Shown here one piece after another: positions 1 through 6,689 of a stretch of 31,135 nt of DNA. The stretch is from assembly GCA_016840065.1 (NCBI GenBank), contig JAEOTB010000117.1, positions 1 through 31,135 of the forward strand, given 5' to 3'. The position numbers were made by a program, and so were the translations under genes. The first letter of the stretch is position 1. Every line of letters begins with the position of its first letter. This DNA comes from Candidatus Hermodarchaeota archaeon (GTDB lineage Archaea > Asgardarchaeota > Hermodarchaeia > Hermodarchaeales > Hermodarchaeaceae). The notes under the pieces are model-generated. The model had not been told where the DNA came from and did no database searches. It worked only from the letters and a program-made list of their open reading frames with translations.

Positions 1-10
1 AGAGCACACA

Positions 11-1441
11 CTAGTTTGCAGTGGGCGCAGAGTAGCGGTACTTCCCAGACTTCGAAGCCTTCTCGATAGTATCCGGATCAATACGCTTGAGCTCTCTCTC
101 GGGGAAGGTGGACAATAGCTCCCAGCCAAGGTCCAAGGTCTGCTCAATGGAACGCTCCTCAAACTCACCCTGAGACAAGAAACGATCCTCAAAACCCTCA
201 AGAAACTTCAGATAAACCTGATCCCGCTCAGACAACGCACCCTCGCCAACAACAGCTACGAGGTCACGTAGGTCTCGACCTTCAGACGCGGCATAGTAAA
301 GCTGCGCCTGAACCTCATTATGGTCCTCACGAGTCAGCCCCTTCCCGATTCCTTCCTTCATGAGCCGGGAAAGTGAGGGCGCAGGGTCAATCGGTGGGTA
401 AACACCTTTATTGTGAAGACTCCTTGAACATATAAGCTGTCCTTCAGTTATATATCCACTTAGGTCAGCAACCGGGTGGGTGATATCGTCGCCAGGCATC
501 GAGAGGATGGGCATTTGTGTGATGGTGCCTTTTCGTCCGATGATGCGGCCTGCTCGCTCGTAGATGGATGCGAGGTCGGTATAGAGGTAACCGGGGTATC
601 CACGGCGTCCGGGTACTTCTTCTCGTGCGGCGGCGATTTCTCTCAAGGCATTAGCGTAGTTGAGCATGTCCGTGAGAATGACCAGTACGTGCATATCCTG
701 TTCAAAGGCAAGATACTCAGCGATGGTTAAAGCAGTGCGCGGCGAGATGATTCGTTCGACGGCGGGGTCGTCTGCGAGGTTGAGTACGAGGACGCTTGAT
801 GCGAGGGCTCCTGTCTCCTCGAGGGTCTTTCTGTAGAACTGGGCTGTCTCGGCTGTGATGCCAATAGCGCAGAGGATTACGGCGAAGTCTTCTTCTTTGC
901 CGGGGATTTTTGCCTGTCGTGTGATCTGGGCTGCCACTCGGTCGTGGGGTAGCCCTGAGCCACTGAAGATGGGAAGCTTCTGACCACGCACCAGCGTGTT
1001 TAGTCCATCGATTACGCTGAGCCCTGTCTGGATGAACTCGCGCGGATATTGCCTCGCGTCTGGGTTCATGGGGCTGCCGTTGATGTCTTTCTCGTCTTCG
1101 GGGACGATTGGGGGTCCTTTGTCGATGGGTTGGCCTGAGCCGTTGAGTACTCTGCCTAGGATGTCTGTGGTTACTGGTGTGTGTAGGGTTGTGCCTGTTA
1201 GTCTGACTCGTGTCTCTTTTGTGTCGAGGCCTCGGGTTCCTTCGAAGACTTGGACTATGGCTCGTCCCCTCATTGCTTCGAGTACTGTTCCTCGGCGGAG
1301 CGTTCCGTCTGGTGCTGTTACTTCTACGAGTTCGCCGTAAGCGACGTCGCGGATTTTGTCCAAGATAAGTAGAGGTCCTGAGACGGTGCTTACTGTCTGG
1401 TACGTGGGTTTGATTATTGTTGCTCGTTCATCGGCCAACAC
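11..1441 (-). CDS. atpB: A/V-type ATP synthase subunit B
   Basis: [70 protein letters not shown]-like GAGGT upstream; start is GTG 1441 or TTG 1438. Confidence 0.98.
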   Translation of the reverse strand: MLADERATIIKPTYQTVSTVSGPLLILDKIRDVAYGELVEVTAPDGTLRRGTVLEAMRGRAIVQVFEGTRGLDTKETRVRLTGTTLHTPVTTDILGRVLNGSGQPIDKGPPIVPEDEKDINGSPMNPDARQYPREFIQTGLSVIDGLNTLVRGQKLPIFSGSGLPHDRVAAQITRQAKIPGKEEDFAVILCAIGITAETAQFYRKTLEETGALASSVLVLNLADDPAVERIISPRTALTIAEYLAFEQDMHVLVILTDMLNYANALREIAAAREEVPGRRGYPGYLYTDLASIYERAGRIIGRKGTITQMPILSMPGDDITHPVADLSGYITEGQLICSRSLHNKGVYPPIDPAPSLSRLMKEGIGKGLTREDHNEVQAQLYYAASEGRDLRDLVAVVGEGALSERDQVYLKFLEGFEDRFLSQGEFEERSIEQTLDLGWELLSTFPERELKRIDPDTIEKASKSGKYRYSAPTAN

Positions 1442-1506
1442 TATAACCTCGGTTATTCTTATGGAATGGATTGTTGACGGCTTCGCCTCACTTGGTCTAA
1501 ATTGCT

Positions 1507-1519
1507 CTTAAAACTTACC
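1507..1519 (-). promoter_or_regulatory. Putative BRE/TATA promoter for atpB
   Basis: Minus strand reads GGTAAGTTTTAAG about 70 nt upstream of the atpB start. Confidence 0.45.
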
Positions 1520-1560
1520 TTTGGACAAAGGTTACGTCTTTCTCGGGTCTTCTTCTGGTG

Positions 1561-2547
1561 TCATGTTTTGAGGAGGAGCGCGGTCTTCGCTATCCCCTTG
1601 TTGATTGTCAGGATAGTTCCGCAGGCCTCTAGAATAATCTGTACGATCACCGAGTCTTTCATGACGTCGACGATGGTTTCGGTTTGCCGTTTCCAGAGCT
1701 GAAGGAGGGGGATCTCCCCAAGGACCTGGTAGACGACCTCCTTGTTTCGCTGGAGGAACGCGGATATCGTCTTTTTGAGGTTGTCATAAATCTTGCTCAG
1801 GGCCGCTTCTGCAAATACTGCTTGGTCGGGTGGTGGCTGGCGCCGGGTCAACGCCTCAGCGATTATGTATATGTTCTCGTAGATGTTGCTCAACTGTACG
1901 ATGTAGTGGGCGTTGTCGAAGATGTCTTCGATTTCCAGCTTCAGTCCTGGTGGAGGTATACTAAGGGCTTTCCTCAGTTCCCGCTGGACGCGAAGATAGT
2001 TTCCTCTTTGCCGCCAAGCCTCATCTATTATGTCGCTGGCAATCCGAGCCGTCTCATCGGACCCACTCTTCAACCCCTTAACCAGCTTGTCTATCAACTC
2101 GAGGGTGGTCCGGCTACTTATCCTGACAAATTCCAATACGTCATCGCCGACAAGCCTGGTCACCGCTTTGACCACGACCCTCTTGTCAGTGGTTTCGATG
2201 ATTTCGAAGCCGGGGAGCTGATTGACGATCTTGATCAGCAGGTTGCTAACTGGTTCGCTGAAGGACCGGGCACTCTCAAGGATAAGCCGGTCATAGCCAT
2301 CAACATAGTAGTTCTCAAGCAGGATACTCAGCGTCTTCTCATCCTGCTCCACCAGCCGCACCGACGCCTCACGGAGCGCAGGCTTCTCAAGCAAATGGAG
2401 CGGAGCAACAAGAAGCCCCTCAGGACACTCCCGGAGCGACAAGTTCATCCCCTCCTTGACACCGTACTTGATCGTCCATTTACGTGGCAGACTCACCACA
2501 AGAGTCTCGCTTCGACCCCACCGGATAGCCTTCCTAAGAACATCCAT
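1561..2547 (-). CDS. AbrB/SpoVT-type DNA-binding domain + PhoU-like helical domain regulator (archaeal phosphate uptake regulator family)
   Basis: N-terminus RKAIRWGRSETLVVSLPRKW..KYGVKEGM matches the archaeal AbrB-PhoU pattern; YVDGYD, LPGFEIIE, helical C-terminus. Start moved from 2643 to ATG 2547, with TATA-like AATATTAAG about 35 nt upstream. Confidence 0.8.
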   Translation of the reverse strand: MDVLRKAIRWGRSETLVVSLPRKWTIKYGVKEGMNLSLRECPEGLLVAPLHLLEKPALREASVRLVEQDEKTLSILLENYYVDGYDRLILESARSFSEPVSNLLIKIVNQLPGFEIIETTDKRVVVKAVTRLVGDDVLEFVRISSRTTLELIDKLVKGLKSGSDETARIASDIIDEAWRQRGNYLRVQRELRKALSIPPPGLKLEIEDIFDNAHYIVQLSNIYENIYIIAEALTRRQPPPDQAVFAEAALSKIYDNLKKTISAFLQRNKEVVYQVLGEIPLLQLWKRQTETIVDVMKDSVIVQIILEACGTILTINKGIAKTALLLKT

Positions 2548-2643
2548 GATAATCTGATAAGACGTTGATAACCTCATCCCACTTAATATTGATGGGAAAG
2601 GAAAAACCGATACCCAACGAGGGACAGAACCCCCACTACACAT

Positions 2644-4419
2644 CTAGCCAGCTGAGAGGGCACCGAATTCGCTGTGCATCTCCTTCTCTAGGTCCTTGAA
2701 ATACTTCTCCAGAACCTTCGGCTTGTCCTGGGCCTGCACCTTCATCCTGGCAATTTTGTTAACCACAGGCAACCCGATGATTTGGCGAAGCGGCACACCC
2801 GAATCAATCGCACCCTGCATCTTCTCCCAGAACATCATGATAATCTTAAGCATCCAATAATACTTGACCTGGGGACAATAGGTGTCAATAGGATGAAGGG
2901 CACTCTGCATAAGAAAGTCCTCCTTAATCATCCGAGCAGCCTCAAGAACAGCACGCTCACGCTCAGGCAAAGCATCCGGACCCACAAGCTGGACAATCTC
3001 ACGAAGCTCCTTATCACGCTGAAGAACAGAAATAGCCTCATCCGTCAACTCCGGCCAATCAGGACCAAGATTCTCACGATACCACCCAGCCAACGCATCC
3101 TTATACAACGAATAACTCTGCAAATAATCAATAGCGGGGAAGAAACGCCTAGAAGCAAACTCCTTACTAAGAGCCCAGAACACCTTCGTAATACGAAGCG
3201 TGGATTGAGTGACAGGCTCGGACATATCCCCGCCAGGAGGCGATACAGCGCCGGTGACGGTGATACTGCCCATCCTCTCAGGACTACCAAGAGCCACAAC
3301 ACGACCAGCCCGCTCATAAAACTCAGCAAGACGACTAGCTAGGTAGGCTGGATACCCTTCTTCTGAAGGCATCTCCTCAAGTCGACCAGAAATCTCCCTC
3401 AGAGCTTCTGCCCATCGGGAAGTGCTGTCTGCCATCAATGACACATCATAACCCTGATCCCTGAGATACTCAGCGATAGTGATTCCAGTATAGATTGAAG
3501 CTTCCCTCGCGGCTACAGGCATATTGCTAGTGTTGGCGATGAGGGTCGTTCTCTCCATTAAGGACCGGCCACTCCGAGGATCCTTCAACTCAGGAAACTC
3601 CTCCAAGACAGCAGTCATCTCATTACCTCGCTCGCCGCACCCAACATATACTACACAATCTGTGTCTGACCACTTTGCAAGCTGGTGCAGAGTCACGGTC
3701 TTCCCAGTTCCGAAGCCGCCAGGAATTGCGCCTGTTCCGCCTTTTGCTACGGGGAAGAATGCGTCGATGACTCTTTGTCCGCTGCAGAGGGGTACTTCTG
3801 TTCCGGTTTTTGTTTTGAATGGGCGTCCGATTCGTACGGGCCATCGTTGGGTGAGGGTGAGTGGGGTTTTGCCGGTGGGGGTTTGTACGTGGGCGATGGT
3901 GTCTCTGATAGTGTATTCGTCTGCTTTGGCGATGTCGGTGAGTTTTCCTTGGGTTCCTGGTGGGACGAGTATCTTGTGTAGGAAGACGCCGGTTTCTTGG
4001 ACGGTTCCTAGTACGTCGCCGCCTGTTACGGTTTTGCCTTTCTCGGCGGTGGGTTTGAATGCCCATGGTTTGTCTTCGGGTAGGGGTGATGCTGTTACTC
4101 CTCGGGTGATGAAGTCTCCTGTTTTTGCTTTGATGATGGGGAGGGGTCTTTGGATTCCGTCGTAGATGGCTCCCATGAGTCCTGGTCCTAGTTCGACGTC
4201 GAGTGAGGTGCCTGTGGCGAGTACTGGTTCGCCGGGTTTGAGGCCTTCTGTGGTTTCGTAGCATTGGATGTATGCTCGGTCGCCGACGACGCGGTTGACT
4301 TCTCCGATTAGTTGTTCTTTGCCTATTTTGCAGACTTCGAACATGCTTACGCCAGGGAGGCCGTCTGCTTCGATTAGGGGGCCTGCGATTCGGCGTATTG
4401 TTCCTTCTCGTGTAGTCAT
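2644..4419 (-). CDS. atpA: A/V-type ATP synthase catalytic subunit A
   Basis: P-loop GGFGTGKT, YVGCGERGNEM, NTSNMPVAAREASIYTGITIAEY, ADSTSRWAEALREISGRLEEMP; SD GGGTGA; no intein. Confidence 0.98.
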   Translation of the reverse strand: MTTREGTIRRIAGPLIEADGLPGVSMFEVCKIGKEQLIGEVNRVVGDRAYIQCYETTEGLKPGEPVLATGTSLDVELGPGLMGAIYDGIQRPLPIIKAKTGDFITRGVTASPLPEDKPWAFKPTAEKGKTVTGGDVLGTVQETGVFLHKILVPPGTQGKLTDIAKADEYTIRDTIAHVQTPTGKTPLTLTQRWPVRIGRPFKTKTGTEVPLCSGQRVIDAFFPVAKGGTGAIPGGFGTGKTVTLHQLAKWSDTDCVVYVGCGERGNEMTAVLEEFPELKDPRSGRSLMERTTLIANTSNMPVAAREASIYTGITIAEYLRDQGYDVSLMADSTSRWAEALREISGRLEEMPSEEGYPAYLASRLAEFYERAGRVVALGSPERMGSITVTGAVSPPGGDMSEPVTQSTLRITKVFWALSKEFASRRFFPAIDYLQSYSLYKDALAGWYRENLGPDWPELTDEAISVLQRDKELREIVQLVGPDALPERERAVLEAARMIKEDFLMQSALHPIDTYCPQVKYYWMLKIIMMFWEKMQGAIDSGVPLRQIIGLPVVNKIARMKVQAQDKPKVLEKYFKDLEKEMHSEFGALSAG

Positions 4420-4532
4420 CTTTATTCACCCTGGACTGGTTACAGGAGAGTGCTCTATCAGCTATACTCGGTTGTAATAAGTCTAACTGATGTAAAAAAT
4501 ATAGGCGTTATCGGCTTGTGTGGGATTGCTTG

Positions 4533-4856
4533 TTAGAATCCTTCTAGCTCTACTCCGATGGCGCGTTTGACGAGGCGTCGGAGTGGGTTCTCTTTTTCTT
4601 CTAGGCGTCCTCGTTTGTCGGGGATTTCTACGATTACTGGGTAGGGTTTTGTGGTGATTTCTTCTATTGTGTTGCGGACCTGTTCTGCTAGTCGTTCGTT
4701 GATTATCACTAGGGCTACTTCTTGGTCTTGTGCGTACTCGTTCAGTGCTCTTCGGGTTGTAGTGTTGTCGGAGGACACTGTGGCTTTCAGGATTCCTGCT
4801 AGTCTGAATCCAATTACTGTGTCTGTGTCTCCGATGACTGCGATTTTGGTTGTCAT
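4533..4856 (-). CDS. atpF: A/V-type ATP synthase subunit F
   Basis: KIAVIGDTDTVIGFRLAG, PVIVEIPDK, VKRAIGV; 107 aa; directly upstream of atpA. Confidence 0.95.
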   Translation of the reverse strand: MTTKIAVIGDTDTVIGFRLAGILKATVSSDNTTTRRALNEYAQDQEVALVIINERLAEQVRNTIEEITTKPYPVIVEIPDKRGRLEEKENPLRRLVKRAIGVELEGF

Positions 4857-5599
4857 CCCGGTTCTCCTTCTTGTTTCTCGGTTTGGCGTCGTAGGCTTTG
4901 CAAGCGGTGTATCATTGTGTCCACCGAGTCTATTCTTGTTACTCCCAGTGGTAGACGTTCTTTTTCTGCAAGTTCGATAGCCAAGTAGTCGACTTGGTCT
5001 ATACCATGAAGTACTAAAATGCTTGGCTTCGCCTCAGTTTGTAGGGCTATTAGGGGTGAGCGGCCGGTCGATACATTCGTTATCACTAGGGCTCGTTCTG
5101 TTGATGCGCGAAATAGTTTGTGATACCCTTCACTGTATAGTGCTTGAAGGGCTCTGCTATTATCTGCGACGATGCATCCCTTCAGCTCCTGGTCTTTGAG
5201 AAGGTCCTTGCAGGCTACGATGTCTACTTTGAGGGTGTCTAGGAATAATTTGATGCTGATTGCTTGGGGGAATTCGCTGATATCTTTTATGATGTTTGTT
5301 GGGATTTCGGCGCTCATCAAACGTCGGAACGCGTTCACAACTTGGTAATCGTTCTGTGAATCGAGGGCGATGATTGCTTCAACGAATCGCTTGATTGTTC
5401 TGGCGCCGGGTGACTGGCGTCTCCCACTCTCATAATCGCTTATTACTGAAGGGGAAATGCCCAGGACCTCTGCGAGGAGCATTTGTGGTACATGGAAGAG
5501 TTCCCTCCATTTTCTCATTGCACGTCCAGGTTTATCAGAGAGGGAGATGTCCCCAGCCATTAGGCGTTTTAATCGTGAAATGAACCGCAGGATTACCAC
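4853..5599 (-). CDS. XRE-type HTH transcriptional regulator (archaeal COG1709-like)
   Basis: AGDISLSDKPGRAMRKWRELF, HTH LAEVLGISPSVISDYESGRR, RALVITNVSTGRSPLIA. Start uncertain (GTG 5641, GTG 5599 or CTG 5590). Stop overlaps the atpF start (ATGA). Confidence 0.85.
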   Translation of the reverse strand: MVILRFISRLKRLMAGDISLSDKPGRAMRKWRELFHVPQMLLAEVLGISPSVISDYESGRRQSPGARTIKRFVEAIIALDSQNDYQVVNAFRRLMSAEIPTNIIKDISEFPQAISIKLFLDTLKVDIVACKDLLKDQELKGCIVADNSRALQALYSEGYHKLFRASTERALVITNVSTGRSPLIALQTEAKPSILVLHGIDQVDYLAIELAEKERLPLGVTRIDSVDTMIHRLQSLRRQTEKQEGEPG

Positions 5600-5710
5600 T
5601 TCTGTTACAAGGCGGTGCAAGAGCATGCATGCTAGCGCCACTACAACATCGATTGCATGTCGTTTAGATTTAATAAAGTTACGAAAATACGTTAGTTGAC
5701 GAATTTACTG

Positions 5711-5716
5711 AAAAAA
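5711..5716 (-). terminator. T-tract downstream of tRNA-Pro
   Basis: T6 on the minus strand about 40 nt after the tRNA CCA end. Confidence 0.35.
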
Positions 5717-5754
5717 GTTCGAGAACAGCGAATGCATCGCCGTCGAGTTGGATG

Positions 5755-5861
5755 TGGTGGGCCGACGGGGATTTGAACCCCGGATCTCACGGATTTCCGC
5801 TATGAGACTCGGATTTCTCATGACCCGAACCGCGAATCATACCAATCTAGACCATCGACCC
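5755..5861 (-). tRNA. tRNA-Pro(CGG) with 30-nt intron (5794-5823) at position 37/38 and encoded CCA
   Basis: Acceptor stem GGGTCGA/TCGGCCC+ACCA; T-arm CGGGG-TTCAAAT-CCCCG; anticodon stem CGCGG/CCGTG with loop TT-CGG-G^T. Bulge-helix-bulge TTCG/CGGA with 3-nt bulges GG^T and AA^T; intron hairpin ATGAGA/TCTCAT. Confidence 0.95.
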
Positions 5862-5885
5862 TTGTCCTGCAATCTTCCTATGTTT

Positions 5886-5900
5886 TTCTATAAATCTTTC
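5886..5900 (-). promoter_or_regulatory. BRE/TATA promoter of tRNA-Pro
   Basis: Minus strand GAAAGATTTATAGAA, with TTTATA about 28-33 nt upstream of the tRNA 5' end. Confidence 0.7.
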
Positions 5901-6003
5901 CGCTGATGATAATTACGGCTTTTTCTTTTCAGGCGATTGGTTTGTAGGTATTGCGAGTTGTATTTGGCTACGCTATGTTTTTATGATTGTAGAAGCGAAA
6001 TGA

Positions 6004-6408
6004 GTGTTGATGAAGGAAGAAATATTGAGTGCAATTGAAGATGTGAAGCGGGAACGTAGTATTTCAGGATCGACGCTGGTTAAGTTAGATGGTATTTTAG
6101 GCGAACGGTTTTGGAAGGCACTTCAAGCGGTTACATCTTCTCTAGTGAAGAGATATCTTTTCGAGCCCAGCAATCGAGAGGTTTGGGTAGTCGTTGGTAA
6201 GAATCGCGACTATCAGGTGAATGACCTCTATTGTGACTGTGACGACTTCTACTTCAAGGTCGTTATCAAGCGTCGGGCAGAATCTTGTTACCATATATTG
6301 GCGAAGCTTTTGGCAGAAGCTCTCGAACTCTTCTCTGAAATCCGTGTAGGTGACGAGATGTACGATACTCTTAGGGAAGAATGGCGGATTCTTCCACAGA
6401 AACGATAG
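6004..6408 (+). CDS. SWIM zinc-finger protein, SWS1/ZSWIM7-like
   Basis: YCDCDDF..V...CYHILA (CxC-x15-CxH), preceded by KALQAV..PSNREVWVVVG..DY. Confidence 0.8.
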   Translation: MLMKEEILSAIEDVKRERSISGSTLVKLDGILGERFWKALQAVTSSLVKRYLFEPSNREVWVVVGKNRDYQVNDLYCDCDDFYFKVVIKRRAESCYHILAKLLAEALELFSEIRVGDEMYDTLREEWRILPQKR

Positions 6409-6436
6409 TCAGTTGTTGTACACGAATTCTATTTTA

Positions 6437-6450
6437 GAAACAGTTAAAAG
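6437..6450 (+). promoter_or_regulatory. Putative BRE/TATA for the micro-ORF at 6484
   Basis: GAAACAGTTAAAAG, followed by SD-like GCAGGTCA (6471-6478) ahead of GTG 6484. Confidence 0.45.
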
Positions 6451-6483
6451 ATGAAGCAAGTCAATGCAGGGCAGGTCACCAAA

Positions 6484-6591
6484 GTGAGTGTGTTCTTCCA
6501 GTTATATCTGATTTCAACTGTGGGCTTGAGTGTCCTTGCTGCGCTTCTTATCATAGTCTATCACATCTTGGCCGGGCAAGAAGAACAGTAG
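6484..6591 (+). CDS. 35-aa single-TM membrane micro-protein, OST4-like (absent from the supplied ORF track)
   Basis: MSVFFQLYLISTVGLSVLAALLIIVYHILAGQEEQ*; an in-frame ATG at 6451 would give 46 aa. Flanked by TATA, SD and a T-tract at 6614-6619. QL...hydrophobic...YH pattern resembles OST4. Confidence 0.6.
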   Translation: MSVFFQLYLISTVGLSVLAALLIIVYHILAGQEEQ

Positions 6592-6620
6592 CATCATCTT
6601 CATCCTAAGCTAGTTTTTTC

Positions 6621-6652
6621 ATTCATTTGAAATGAATTGGTTTATTTAAAAT
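6621..6652 (+). promoter_or_regulatory. RPA promoter: 8-bp inverted repeat followed by TATA
   Basis: ATTCATTT-G-AAATGAAT (6621-6637), then TTTATTTAAAAT. Confidence 0.5.
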
Positions 6653-6689
6653 AGTAGCATGAAAAATAGAGGGTTAGAGGCTAGCAAAT

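Noticed and set aside
1684-2568. 294-aa antisense ORF opposite the PhoU-like gene
   Set aside because: In-register antisense mirror of a recognisable gene; no family motifs.
2548-2643. 32-aa N-terminal extension of the PhoU-like ORF
   Set aside because: Family similarity begins at Met 2547; the region holds a T-rich tract and a TATA-like box.
2782-4165. Antisense ORFs of 186 and 213 aa inside atpA
   Set aside because: Fully overlap a highly conserved gene; compositional artefacts.
3623-4429. 268-aa Arg/Thr/Pro-rich same-strand alternative-frame ORF over atpA
   Set aside because: Shadow frame kept open because this half of atpA avoids T at third positions; low complexity and no motifs.
5700-6000. 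tRNA as integration site of a mobile element
   Set aside because: No integrase and no duplicated tRNA 3' end seen; flanking genes are core genes.
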